A stretch of 64,000 bases of DNA, from NCBI GenBank assembly GCA_951406725.2, contig OX597821.1, positions 99,510,001 through 99,574,000 on the forward strand. The letters are read 5' to 3'. The notes under the pieces are model-generated. The model searched no databases. It was given only the letters and a program-made list of their open reading frames with translations, and was not told the DNA's origin. Below are positions 37,715 to 51,800 of this stretch, in pieces. Each line of letters begins with the position of its first letter. The first letter of the stretch is position 1. The position numbers and the translations under genes were made by a program. The DNA comes from Octopus vulgaris. Its lineage: Eukaryota.

Positions 37715-38075
37715 TATTTTCTTTTACTTGTTTTAGTCATTTTGACTGCGGCCATGCTGGAGCACCACGTTTAGTTGAACAAATCGACCCCAGGATTTAT
37801 TCTTTGTAAGCCTAGTACTTATTCTATCAGTCACTTTTGCCGAACTGTTAAGCAGTGGTGTGGGGACAAACATAGACAAATACATACATACATGCATATA
37901 TATATATATATGACAGGCTCCTTTTGGTTTCCAAATGCTAAATTCACTCACAATACTTTGGTTGGCCTGAGGCTGTAATAGAAGACATTTGCCCAAGGTA
38001 CCATGCAGTGGGATGAGAACCCAGGACCATGTGGTTGGGAAGCAAGCTTCTTACCACACAGGCACTCCTGCACCT
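37715..38075 (-). mobile_element. SINE family B
   Basis: Matches the family consensus with an internal deletion. Confidence 0.85.
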
Positions 38076-38999
38076 ATATATATATATATATTTATAAAAT
38101 ATAATATATGTTGTGTGTGTATGTGGGTGTGCATGCATATGTATTTCTTGGAGACAAGAAGAATGGTGAGTTGGCTAGAACGGTAGTCTTAAACAAAATG
38201 GCTTATGTCATTTAAGTTTCATCTTTCAACTTTCTCAGTTCAAGTTTCACAGAAGTTGGTTTGCCTTTTATATCTCTGGGACCAATGAGACAAATACCAG
38301 TAATATGTTAGATTCAGTTTAATCAACTACACTTCCCCCTTCTCCTGCGTTGAAAAAATTTGGTGCTGAATTCAACCACAAGAAATCAATAATTAAAAAA
38401 AAAAAGATGGTGGTGATGGCGCCACATAAAAAGCACCTAGGGCACTCTGTAAAGTGGTTGGCATTAGGAAAGATATTCAGCTGTAGAGACCTAGCCAAAC
38501 CAGACTATGGAACCTGGTGTGGTTTCTGGTTTTGCCAGTTCCTGTCAAGCCATCCAACCCATGCCAGCATGAAAAATGGAAGTTCAATGTTGATGTTGAT
38601 GATGATAATGATGATGGTGATGACATATCAACAGGTATCTTGGTCCATTCAATATCAACGTATGAAATGATATATGGAAACCGATGTGGAAGGCATACAA
38701 ATTTGGCAAATACATATCTTTAATCTTTTATCTTTTTCTTGTTTCATTCATTAGACTGCGACCATGCTGGGGCACAGCTTTGAAGAACTTTTGTCCCCAG
38801 TACTTACTGTTTTGTATTCAAACCTGGCACTTACTCTATTAGTCTTTTTTGATGAACTGCTAGGTCACAGGGATGTAAGCAAACCAACACTGTTGATAGG
38901 GGAGAAGCACAGACAGACACACACACACACACACATGCACACATACAAACACTCATATATACGATGGGCTTCTTTTAGTTTCTGTCTACTAAACCAAAT

Positions 39000-39122
39000 C
39001 CACTCTGGGACTACAAAAATCTTGAAGACCTTCTTAAGAGTCAAAGGATATTGAACAGAACAAGATGCTTTCCTTCACAACCTGGTTACCAAGTAGGTGG
39101 CCAGTCACAGAGACAGAGAAGA

Positions 39123-39123
<1 letters not shown>
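39000..39123 (+). mobile_element. Extreme 3' end of a probable RLE-type LINE followed by (CA)n; second copy at about 48085-48200
   Basis: GTTKILKTFLRVKGY* parallels GTVKICKTFWKFII* at 61921-61968. The UTR TGCTTTCCTTCACAACCT..TACCAAGTAGGTGGCCAG is shared by both copies. Confidence 0.6.
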
Positions 39124-39176
<53 letters not shown>

Positions 39177-39270
39177 CTTAACTATGGTCTATCTATAGTA
39201 CTTATTCAGTATTACCTGACACCTTTGGGTCTCAATGACACCATTATCTCTTATAACCTCAATTTCTTGC

Positions 39271-39372
<102 letters not shown>

Positions 39373-39597
39373 TATATATATATATAAGTCGATTAAGTCG
39401 ATTATATTGATCCCCCCACCTCTCCACAGTAGTGCATAACTGGTACTTATTTGATTGACTCCGAAAGGATGAAAGGCAAAGTCTACCTAGGTGGAATTTG
39501 AATTCAGAATGTAAAGACAGACTGAATGTTGCTAAGCATTTTGCCTGGTGTGCTAACAATTCTGCCAGTTTTTCACAACAACAACAACAACAACAAC

Positions 39598-39651
<54 letters not shown>

Positions 39652-39736
39652 GCAAAATATTTCAAATGTGACAACCAGAAATTGAGAAACTAATATGAAT
39701 TCAGTAAATGTGTGTGGCATGTGTATGTGCGCGCGC

Positions 39737-39793
<57 letters not shown>

Positions 39794-40719
39794 TGCGCAT
39801 ACGAAAAAAGCAACAAAAAAACTAGGGATGTAAAGTGACATTTAACAATATTGTTGAACAAAAAATTCAACTGGTTTCAAATTCCCTGCTTGAAGTGAAA
39901 ACATAAATATGTTATTCATTTCTTTATAATATTCTTCCATTAAGTTGAAATTAACTGCTGCAAGTTAAAAACGAACTTCTCTCTCTTCTTATGTTACAAT
40001 AAATTGAATTAAATCAAGCAAGAAAGAAATAGTCAAGGAATCTCTTTAGTACCATTTATCATTTTTCAATACATTTATTAATTCTCAAGCAATTTTTTTC
40101 CCAGCCTTTTTTCTAAATCTCCATATTTCTTACAATGAGAGAAATTGTCTCCATTTTGTCTAGCCTGTCAATATGACTTTTGTCTAAATGAAATAAATGC
40201 ATTTCCATGAAGATCCAGAAGTTGGAAATATTTGTCTTGATATACAAGTGTCTTGGTGGTGTATTGAAGCTAAAGGACAATGGCTAAATTTAATATGAAG
40301 TTGATAAAAATAGTCTTCATGTTTTCAACTTGTCTATTTTCTACCATAGTATTTGAGACAAAATGGAAGAAATATTTCTGTTGAAGGTAAAAGTGACTTG
40401 GAAAGACATACATTACATTGATAACAACCATATAGCATTAGATTTATTTAATCTTCCATATATTTTGGTCATATTTCCCAAATTCTGTGATCAATTTGTG
40501 TGTGTGTGTGTGTGTAGTGCTTACTGCTTAGTCAGGAAAAAAAAAGACGTTACACATGTCCACACCATTCTTTTTTAAGGATATCTTTTTTTTGTAAGCT
40601 GTGACTTTGTGGTTGAGAAGCTTGCTTTGTGACCACATGGTTCCGAGTTCAGTCCCATTGTGTGGACATAAAAAGATGATGTTGATGATGATTATAATAT
40701 TATTTTATATCTTTTATCT

Positions 40720-41111
40720 TCTATCTTTTACTTGTTTAGTCATTTGACTGCGGCCATGCTGGAGCACCGCCTTTAGTTGAGCAAATCGACTCCAGGACTT
40801 GTTCTTTGTAAGCCTAGTACTTATTCTATCATTCTCTTATGCTGAACCAATAAGTTACGGGTATGTAAACACACCACCATTGGTTATCAAGCAATGTTGG
40901 GGGCACAAACACAGACACACAAACACATACATATATACATATATGCAATGGGCTTCTTTCAGTTTTCCATCTACCAAATCCACTCACAAGGCTTTGGTCA
41001 GCCCGAGGCTATAGTAGAAGACACCTGCCCAAGGTGCCATGCAGTGGGAATGAACCCAGAACCATGTGGTTAGTAAGCAAGCTACTTACCACACAGCCAC
41101 TCATGCGCCTA
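40720..41111 (-). mobile_element. SINE family B
   Basis: Matches the family consensus. Confidence 0.9.
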
Positions 41112-41169
41112 TACATTATTTTAATATTATATTTTGCAAAGCAGTGATGTAGCAGAACTAATCAATTGT

Positions 41170-42050
41170 AATGTTCAATATACCATCATTCTCAGTGCTC
41201 CACTTACTTATTTTATTGACCCTTAAAGGCTGAAAGGTAAAGTTGACTTCGGTTGAATTTGAACTCAGAATTGTTGCTAAGCAATTTGTCCAACATGCTA
41301 ACTATTCTACCTGTTCATCACCTTATTTTTTTTATTGGAATTATTATTATTATTAAGCAAATTCCACCAAAGTCGACTTTTGGGGTTGATAAAATAAGTA
41401 CCGGTTAAACACTGGGGTTGATGTAATCAGCTTACTCCATCCCCCAAAACTGCTGGCCTTGTGCCAAAATTTGAAACCATAATTATTATTATTAAAGTGG
41501 TGAAGGTAGTGAGCTGGCAGAATTAAGTACCAGTGAAACACTGGGGTCAATATAGTCAACTAGTCCCCTCCCCCAAATCTCAGGCTTTGTGTCTATAGAA
41601 AGAATTATTATTATTAAGATGGTGATCTGGCGGAGTCATTAGCATGCTGGGCAACATGCTTAGCAGCATTTCATCTGTTTTTACGTTCTGGGTTCAAATT
41701 CTGCTGGGGTTGATTTTGCCTTTTACCATTTTGAGGTCAATAAAATAAGTACCAACTGAGAACTGCGGTTGGTGTAATCAACTTATCCCCTCCTCTGAAC
41801 TTCTGGCCTTGTGCCAAATACTAATAATAATGGTTTCAAATTTTGGGCACAAGGCCAGCAATTTCAGGGGCGATGGGTAAGTGGATTACATTGACCCCAG
41901 TGCTCAACTGGGATTCACTTAATCAACACCGAAAGGACGAAAAGCAAATTTGACCTTGGTGAGATTTGAACTCAGAATGTAGAGCCAAAAGAAATACCAT
42001 CAAGCAGTTTATCCGGAGTGCTAATGATTCAGCTAGCTTACCACATTAAC
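41170..42050. mobile_element. Cluster of about 5 degenerate family A-related SINEs in both orientations
   Basis: Repeated AAGTACC..CTGGGGT.GAT and GGCCTTGTGCCAAA tails, separated by (ATT)n. Confidence 0.75.
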
Positions 42051-43081
42051 AATAATACAAATAATAATTTTTAATTAATAAGTTTTTAATTAATATTTAT
42101 CTTGTCTGTATTGCTTCCATTAGTTTTCTGGCCTCTTAATGCCGTCTAGTATGGAGTGATATTCTCCAGAGGTGACCAAATCAGTTTTGTTACCATGGAG
42201 TTTAATAAATATATTTCTTTTACAAATAAAAACTGCCATTTCGTAGCAGCCTTTGTTTATGTATCTGTTGTGGCTATTATAATCTCTCTTTTTCCCTCTC
42301 TTAATCTCTATTTCCCTCTATTTCTCTCTCTTACTCTATTTCTCTCTCTTACTCTCTATTTCTTTCCCTTACTCCCTCTTTCTCTCTCTTACTCTCTATT
42401 CCTCTGTCTCTCTCTTACACACACACACACACACTTTCTCATACACACAACTACACACACCGACACACATACTTTTCACACACACACACACACACTTTCT
42501 CATACACACAACTACACACACCGACACACATACTTTTCACACACACTTTCCAACATACTTATAAACACACATACACACTCTCTTTCTCACACACACACAT
42601 GTTCTGTCTCTTACACACCGCTACACCTACCCACACACACACACACATGCACTTTTGCACACATAGATACAATACTCTCTCTCACACTCACTGGCTCACA
42701 CACACACACACATACACACACGCATACAAACATGTTCTCTTTCTCTCTTATCTGCAGACACATATACACTCTCTTACACACATACACACACACACATACT
42801 TTCTCTCTTACGCAAATGTACACACTTTCTCACACAGACACACATGTTATCTTTCTCTCCCTCCTCTCTCTCTCCCCCTCTCCTTTCTCTCTCCCTCTCT
42901 CTCCACCCTTCTCTCTCTCTTAGTATTTCACTTAAAACGTTACATCCTTAAAAAACAAACAAAACATAAATTGGTGTTTTTTATTTGTAAATTTAAAAGG
43001 GGTCTCTATGAAACATGAGTATATATTTTAAATCAGTGCCTAGAATATAACAATGTCTACAGAACTGCAAAGTTAATGATT

Positions 43082-43295
43082 ACTCTTTTACTCTTTTACT
43101 TGTTTCAGTCATTTGACTGCGGCCATGCTGGAGCACCGCCTTTAATTGAGCAACTCGACCCCGGGACTTATTCTTTTGTAAGCCCAGTACTTATTCTATC
43201 GGTCTCTTTTGCCGAACCGCTAAGTTACGGGGACATAAACACACCAGCATTGGTTGTCAAGCAATGCTAGGGGGACAAACACAGACACACACACA

Positions 43296-43339
<44 letters not shown>

Positions 43340-43512
43340 TATATACGATGGGCTTCTTTCAGTTTCCGTCTACCAAATCCACTCACAAGGCTTTGGTTGG
43401 CCCGAGGTTATAGTAGAAGACACTTGCCCAAGGTGCCACGCAGTGGGGACTGAACCCGGAGCCATGTGGTTGGTAAGCAAGCTACTTACCACACAGCCAC
43501 TCCTGTGCCTAT
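43082..43512 (-). mobile_element. SINE family B, apparently young full-length copy
   Basis: CpG-rich with complete head and tail. Confidence 0.92.
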
Positions 43513-43821
43513 AAATATTAAATATTAATTCTAAAAATGTCTCATATTTGGATAAAGTTTTATTACTTTTGTCTTTTAGCATTTATTTGCTTCAGCCTTT
43601 GGACTGTGGCCATGCTGGAGTACAATCTTGAAGGGTTTTAATTTAACAGATTGACCCCAGTTCTTATTTTTTAAAGCCTGGAACTTATACTGTTGGCTGG
43701 TCTCTTTTGCCAAATTATGGCAATGTAAACAAACCAATCACTGTTGTTGCTTCCATCATCATTGTCATTGCCACTGATATCATTGCCATCACCACTATCA
43801 TCATAGTAATTCTGCCATTTA

Positions 43822-44280
43822 TCATCATCATCATCATTTAACATTCATTTTCCATGCTAGCATGGGTTGGACTGTTCGACCGGGGTCTGGGAAGCCAGGA
43901 GGCAGCACCAGGCTCCAGTCTGATCTGGCAGTGTTTCTACAGCTGGATGCCCTTCCTAACGCCAACCACTCTGTGAGTGTAATGGGTGCCCCAGCCCAGG
44001 TGCCAATGGAGGCTGGCAAATGGCCACAATCGGTTGGTGCTTTTTATGTGCCACCGACACAGAAGCCAGTCAAGGTGACGCTGGCATCGGCCACGTTTGG
44101 ATGGTGCTTTTTACGTGCCATCGGCATGGGTATCACAACTACAATTTCCATTTGATTTTTATTTTGATGTTGATGTACTTCACTCAATAGGTCTCCTCAA
44201 GCACAGCAGGTTGCCCTACGATCCAAGGTAAGCACAGCAGACTGTCCTGTGATCCAAGGTACTTTGGATGGGCTTTGGAT
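43822..44280 (-). mobile_element. RTE-LINE 3'UTR-derived fragment with (GAT)n tail
   Basis: Homologous to 52689-53220. Confidence 0.8.
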
Positions 44281-44328
44281 GTTCATTTGCACATGCTTGC
44301 ATGAATCAAACAGAATTCTTTGAGGCAG

Positions 44329-44562
44329 AAAGGTGGAGAGCTGGTAGAATCGTTAGCGTGCCAGGTGAAATGCTTAGCGGTATTTCGTTTGCTGATACGT
44401 TCTGAGTTCAAATTCCACCGAGGTTGACTTTGCCTTTCATCCTTTTGGGGTCGATAAATTAAGTACCAGTTATGCACTAGGGTCAATGAAATCGACTTAA
44501 TCCCTTTGTCTGTCCTTGTTTGTCCTCTCTATGTTTAGCCACTTGTGGGCAATAAAGAAATA
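44329..44562 (+). mobile_element. SINE family A
   Basis: 12-bp TSD AATTCTTTGAGG at 44314-44325 and 44565-44576. Confidence 0.92.
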
Positions 44563-45091
44563 ACAATTCTTTGAGGTGGATTTTCTACAGTCAGATGTCC
44601 TTCCTGTTGCCAATCTTCATCCTGTTACCATGCAATGTAAAACTTCCCCTTGGTCAGACATGTTTTCTAAGGAAGACTGGAAATGATGGCAGGAGATTCA
44701 CTCGCAACTGTCATGTGATATCAAGGCAAGCAGACACACACACACATGCACACACAAATGTGATAGATTTCTTTCAGTTTTCATCAAATTTACTAAGAAG
44801 GCTTGGTTGGCCAGGAACTATAAGTAGGGAAAACTTGCCCAAGGTGCCATACAGCAGGACTAAATCTGAAACTATGTAGCTGGAAAGTGAACTTTTCAAT
44901 CTTTATAAAAAAATGAGATTTATAAACAATACCTTTGTAAAATATATTTTATAAAAAACTTTGTAAAAAATGGCCTTTTAAAAGAAACTGGCTTCAAAAA
45001 TGTGGTTTCTGTTTTAAAAAATGGCTGTTTAAAAATGCCTTGTTAGAAATAGTAGCCAAATCTCCCTTGAATCACATCTCATTGCCTTTAA

Positions 45092-45309
45092 CCCTTTTGT
45101 TACCAACCTGGCTGAAACCAGCTCTGGCTCTGAGTACAAATGTCTTGTTTTCATAAGTTTTGAATTAAAATCTTCCTCCAAACCTTAGTCAAAATTTATG
45201 TTCCTAACACTAGCTGAATGATAACTAAGTTATTTTACTAAATTCTTTGTTATATTTAAAGTAATTGAAAGAAACAGAGCATCTTAATAGAAATACAGTA
45301 ACGAAAGGG
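45092..45309. mobile_element. piggyBac-like MITE, second family (related fragments at about 7580-8640)
   Basis: TTAA|CCCTTTTGTTAC...GTAACGAAAGGG|TTAT. Confidence 0.75.
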
Positions 45310-45541
45310 TTATAGAGGTAAAGAAACATAGGTTAATATTTGTAATAAGGATGACCATGGATAAGCTCAGACATGGCTGTGGGAGTTAAAAAGCTTGCTT
45401 CCCAACCATTTGGTCTTGGGTTCAGTCTCCCACTGCATGGCACCTTGGGCAAGTGTCACCTACTCTAGCCCCAAACTGACCAAAGCCTAGTGAGTGGATT
45501 TGGTAGATGGAAAATGAAAAAAGTCCATTGTATATATTAGT

Positions 45542-45638
<97 letters not shown>

Positions 45639-46206
45639 TGTGTGATGGAAAGCTGGTACAAAGTGGCATTTTCTCCATCTCTACATTCTAAGTTCAAATT
45701 CTGCTGAGGTTGACTTTACCTTTCATCTTTTAGGTTCGATAAATTAAATACCAGTTGAGCACTGGGGTCAGTGTAAGTGACTTACTCCTTTCCTTGAATT
45801 TGCTGGCCTTGTGCCAAAATTTGAAATTATTATGATGATTATTAGAGAAGGTGATGAGCTGGAATAATTGTTAGCATGCCGGGCCAAATGCTTAGTGGCA
45901 TTTTTTCCACCTTTATGTTCTGAGTTCAAATCCTACCAAGGTTGACCTTGCCTTTCATTCATTCATTCATTTGGGGTCAATAAAAGAAGTACCAGTTGAG
46001 CACTGGGGTTGATGTAATTGACTTATTCCTGCCCTTGAAATTGCTGGCCTTGTGCCAAAATTTGAAACCAGAATAGTATGTGTGTGTCTGTATGTACCCT
46101 TGTCTAGACATCATGTGATAGATGTAAATGAGCACGACCAGCATACAAGCAATGATGCTTGTTTCCAATCTTCCATGAAAAACATGCCTGACCATGTGGA
46201 AATATT

Positions 46207-46545
46207 GGGTAAAGAAGTCCTTCAGTCATGAATGACCATGGGATTGCACCTAGAAATTTCCCCTCCGAGGCACAAGTCTGGGCAAGGTTGTTTATAGGAG
46301 ACCAGCATTCACCCATGCATACCAGCTTCCCTTCTCCACATTACTGATGCTATCCAAGGGAAAGGCAAAGGCTGATAAAGCTTGGCATCAGTGATGATGC
46401 AATTTCAACAGCTGAGTTAACTGGAGCAACATGAAATAAAGTGTCTTGCTCAAGAACACAACACACATCTTGGTCTGGGAATCGATCTCATGACCTCATA
46501 ATTGTGAGCCCAATGCTCTAATCACTGAGCCATGCACCTTCACAG
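46207..46545 (-). mobile_element. tRNA-derived SINE, family D
   Basis: Minus head GGTGCATGGCTCAGTGATTAGAGC..GATCGATTCCC, flanked by a GGAAATATT repeat. Homologous to 59895-60228. Confidence 0.85.
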
Positions 46546-47365
46546 AGGAAATATTACTCTGCTTGGAAACAGGTGAGGGTTGGCAACAGGAAGGGCATCC
46601 ATGTAGCCATACAAAATCTGCTTCAACAAATTCTGTCTGATCTATGCAAGCATGGAAAAAAATGGATGTCGATGATGTCGATGATGACGATGATGACGAC
46701 GATGACGATGGCGATGATGACGATAACAATGAATGTCAATTGATGATGATGATGATGATGATGACAATGATAGCAATGATGACAGTGGTGGTGGTGGTGG
46801 TGGTAGATTTGATAGTAATGTCTTTGAGTTTAGATCTTTCAATCAGGATGGATTTAAAATCTCAGACTCGTCAGGATTAATTCTTGTCCTTGTCAGTGTT
46901 GTAATTACGTAGCTAATGTAGCAGTGAGTTTTTGTAAAATTGACACTTGATCTCTTGACCCAGTTTCACTTCATTTCAAAACTTTCTCCTTCCATTCCCT
47001 CCTCCTTCCCTTTCAAAAATCTCAATCTTTTTATATTTATATAAGAAACCATTTATTATTATTTTATTATTAAAGGATAACAAAAATCTCTTCCACCAGT
47101 TTGAGTCTTGATATTTTGGCAGGGCAGGAAATAAGACGGTGGTGTTTATATCTTTTCGAAAGGAATTAATTAAGCAATTGAAGTGACTTCAATAACGATA
47201 TAATAATATCTAGTGCAACAGTATTTTAGTATAGTTATGAGTCAGTACATACGCCACTGTTGCTTTTGACTCTCTTCCATTAGTGCACGTTGTGTCAATT
47301 TTCTTAGTCAGTCTGAGCAGGAAGTACAAGACTACAAAGTTTTAATTAGTCAGAGATAGATAGAT

Positions 47366-47435
<70 letters not shown>

Positions 47436-48447
47436 AAAGGGGGCGAAGAATCTACAGTGGGTTTACTTGGTCAGTGAGGGAGAAAAGTGTATGTCTCTGT
47501 GATGTTAGTGTCTTAATAGACTTTTAATTTAATTCGATAATGCTTGATTGCACAATTGTTGAAGATGTTATTTCTAGGAATCTGCTACAACATATTTGAA
47601 TCAATGAAATGAAATTATGTCCCCAACCCTCACCAATGCTATATAACGCTTTCTTGTTATGGCGAAATTAAGATGAAGTAGTCAAAACATATATTATGTA
47701 AGTCACTAGATCTTTATCTTTTGCAGTTTGTGATATACGGAAAAACTAAATTAAAAGAAAAAAAATGTAAGAAACAAAAAAAGAAAAATGCTGGTGTTTT
47801 AGAGATAATCTTTATTTTAACATTTATTTTTCTATGCTTGTATGGGTTGGAGGGAGTTTACTGAAGCAGATTTTTTACAACTGGATGCCTTACCTGTCAT
47901 GAACCCTCACTTGTTTTCTAAGCTAGGTAATATTTCCCCTTGGCCAGACATGTTTACACAGAATATTGGAAATGAATGATACTGCTTGTATAACAGTGAC
48001 ACTCATTTACAACTATCACATGATGTCAAGACAAGGACGGACACACACACACAGATCTTTAATTCATATGCTATAAATGGTTACGATACCTGGGATTTTA
48101 AAAACCTGCAAAACCTTAGGATTTAAAGGATGATGAACAAAACAAACTGCTTTCCTTCACAACCTTGCTACCAAGTAGGTGGCCAGAGAAAACCACAACT
48201 TCAATCCAACTTATATGTGATCAATTTCTCCCATCTCCTGGGCAGTGTAATCAGAAGTGAAAGAACGTAGGCAATAGAGAGTGATAAGAACTTAGAATTT
48301 GGAAAAAAGGTTTTGGAAGGGATTATAATACTATCCATGTATAAGAATACCCCATATTTTTTAGCTTAATTTTTGACAAAAAAAGGGTTCCTTATACATG
48401 TTAAAATATGGTAGTTCTTGCTAGTAGTGGCATAATGGTGACAGTCT

Positions 48448-48632
48448 GCAGAAGATGAAGAGTGAGGAAGACATGGGAAAAATTTGTTTGAAAGCTGATC
48501 TTCAAAGGTTGAATCTTACAAAGGAGATGACAAAGAATTGCAATGAGCAGTGGGATGGTGTGCTTGAGAAGAGCCATCTACAATACATGCAAGAAGGAAA
48601 AAATAGATGTAAAATGATGATGATGATGATGA
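48448..48632 (+). pseudogene. RTE-clade ORF2 C-terminal remnant with (GAT)n tail
   Basis: RKTW..LKADLQRLNLTKEMT parallels RKTWDEVVKHDLRTLGLTKEMT in the 53329-53565 ORF. Confidence 0.7.
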
Positions 48633-48686
48633 CAAGACCTTGTTGTTGTTGTAGATGATGATGATGATGATGATGTTGCTGTAGAT

Positions 48687-49440
48687 CAGTGGTTCCCAAC
48701 TGGGATCCATTTGGTCCTTGGGTGTCCATATAAGATTGGGTGTCCATATAAGATTGGGTGTCCATATAACATTTTATGTGCAAGAGATTGGTTACAATAT
48801 TTCTACAATGCAAAAAATATTTTAACATTTTTTTTTGTAGGTGCAGACATGACTGTGTGGTAAGAAGCTTGCTTCCCAACCACATGGTCCTGGGTTCAGT
48901 CCCAATGTGTGGCACCTCGGGCATGTGTCTTCTATTATAACCTTGGGCTAACGAAAGCCTTGTGAGTGGATTTGGTAGACAGAAAATGAAAGAAGCATGT
49001 CATGTGTGTGTGTGTGTGTGTGTGTGTGTTTGTGTCTGTGTTTGTTCCCCCATCATTACGTTGGTGTGTTTACATCCCTGTAACTTAGTGGCTCTGCAAA
49101 AGAGACTGATAGAACAAATACTAGGCTTTAAAAAAATAAGTCCTGGGGTGGATTTGTTTGACTAAAACCCTTCAAGGTGGTGCTCCAGCATGACCGCAGT
49201 CAAATGACTGGAACAAGTAAAAATGAAAATAAAAGAATTAAAATACAATTTCTAATAATATTTAATTATAAGAATATAATAGGATTTTATAAACATTGCA
49301 TTATAAATAAAGGCAGTGCTCCAGCATGGCCGCAGTCAAACGACTGAAACATAAAAGAATAATTGCATGGTTATGTGGATCCATTTAAGTAAAGTAGGAA
49401 TCAAAAGGTTCCATAGGCAAAAATTGGTTGGGAACCACTG
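48687..49440. mobile_element. hAT-type MITE with a nested family B SINE (48838-49235)
   Basis: TIR CAGTGGTTCCCAAC / GTTGGGAACCACTG, with 8-bp TSD CTGTAGAT / CTGTGGAC. Confidence 0.85.
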
Positions 49441-49447
49441 CTGTGGA

Positions 49448-49811
49448 CAACGACGACGACGACGACGATGATGATGATTGTGATTAGGACAATGACAATG
49501 AAGAAGACGGTGATAATGATGATGATGATGATGATAACAGCCGTCGTGATAATGATGATAAGGACGATAATGAAGATGATAAATGGAGTGTTGATGATGG
49601 CGGTGATGACGATGATGATGATGAAGAAAATGGCGATGATAATGGCTGGAGGTGATTATGATGGTGATGATGATAAATGGTAGGGTTGATGGTGGTGATG
49701 ATGCTGATGATTAGGACAAATGATGATGATGATGATGATAACAGCCATAGTAATAATGATGATATTAAGGACGATAATGATGATGATAAATGGTGGTGGT
49801 GATGGTGGTGG

Positions 49812-49854
<43 letters not shown>

Positions 49855-50090
49855 AATGATGATGATGATGGGTGGTGGTGATTATGATGGTGATGATGAT
49901 AAATGGTAGGGGTGCTGGTAGTGATGATACTGATGATGATGATGAGGAGGATAATGAGAATGATGATGATGATGGTGGGCGGTAGTGATAGTGGGTGGTA
50001 ATTATGATTGTGATGATGATGCTGATTATGCCACTACTACTCACCATAATAATAATAATAATAATCATTATCATCATTATGGTCATTAAT
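49448..50090. repeat. (GAT)n degenerate array
   Basis: Seen directly in the sequence. Confidence 0.9.
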
Positions 50091-50340
50091 TATTATCAAC
50101 GAATAAAATTGATTGCGGCTGTTTGTCTTTCTCTTCTAATATCCACGTTTATATCTGGCATGAATGTATAAGGCTATGACACACATGCAAATCATACTTA
50201 CTACATATTTACCGTGTAAATAGTGGGGTAGCGTTGGCGGTGTCAGGAGCGGTGGTGGTGGTGGTGGTGTACTTATTTTAGAATTGAACTAAATGACCTC
50301 TACAGTCGTTTTCCTTTTCTTTTCCCCCTCCAGTAACATA

Positions 50341-50375
<35 letters not shown>

Positions 50376-51349
50376 TATTTATTATTATTGTTTGCTTTGT
50401 TTTCTGTATTAGTGGCTAATTAGGGGTGATTTAATTTTCTTTCTATGTACCTGTGTACGTGTAGGGATGGAAGTGAGGGATGTGGTGGTGGTGGTGGTGG
50501 TGGTGGGCGTCTGTTTATCCAAGTCATACTCTACCTCCTCTCCCCTTTTCTCTTTTCATGTCATTTATCTTTTAGCTCGTATCTTTACTTGTTTCAGTCT
50601 GTTAGACCGTGGCCATGCTGGGGCATTGCCTTGAAGAATTTTTTGTCAAATGAATCGACAGTGCAATACTTATATATATATTTTTTACATCCTGGTACTT
50701 ATTCTGTGGGTCTCGTTTGCTGAACTGCTAAATTAAGAGGATGTAAACACACCAACACCGGCTGTCAAATGGTGGTGGGAGAGAAACACATACACGAAGA
50801 CACACACACATGTATTGAATTCATATTGGAATTGTTTGCTTATGGCTTACTTTCAGGTGTTCTAATACCACGTTCATTGAGCAAATATTCTCTTATGCCT
50901 AAAAACACAGCTGACCCACGAACTAACCTTGTTTATTTGTCTTAAATTTTGTTTATACACCTCAAACTGCTTCTAATTTGTACTTGAATTTTTTCCATAG
51001 CATGAAATATTGGGACATGCCAGCCGATGGTTTTCAAACCGTTTAGCATATAGTCATATTTAGTGATATATCTTGCAGCAGGCCTTGTTCGGTAGATGGT
51101 ATTGAAAAGTCACAGCAATGACGAAACATGAATGTCTGTTGTTCTGAGAAGGGACCTGAGCTGAGTTGTTTCACTTGCCAATGGCTTACTTTCAAATGTT
51201 TTAACACCAGGTGCATTGAGAAAACATTCTCTTGCACCTAAAAATGCAGCTGACCCATAAACTAACAACACACACACCTTGTGTAATTGTATTTGATTTT
51301 GTTTGTATACCTCAAGCTACTTTTAATTCATATTTAAATTAGAAGCAGC

Positions 51350-51387
<38 letters not shown>

Positions 51388-51603
51388 CTCTTTTACTCTT
51401 TTATCCTTTACTTGTTTCAGTCACTTGACTGCAGCCATGCTGGAGCACTGCCTTTAGTCGAGCAAATCGACCCCAGGACTTATTCTTTGGAAGCCTAGTA
51501 CTTATTCTATTGGTCTCTTTTGCCGAACTGCTAAGATACGGGGACCTAAACACACAAACATTGGTTGTCAAGCGATGTTGGGGGGACAAACACAGATATA
51601 CAA

Positions 51604-51646
<43 letters not shown>

Positions 51647-51647
51647 A

Positions 51648-51678
<31 letters not shown>

Positions 51679-51800
51679 CATATATACGACGAGCTTCTTT
51701 CAGTTTCCGTCTACCAAATCCACTCACAAGGCTTTGGTCGAAGGCACTTGCCCATGTGGTTGGTAAGCAAGTTAGTTACCACACAGCCACTCCTGTACCT
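51388..51800 (-). mobile_element. SINE family B
   Basis: Matches the family consensus. Confidence 0.9.
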
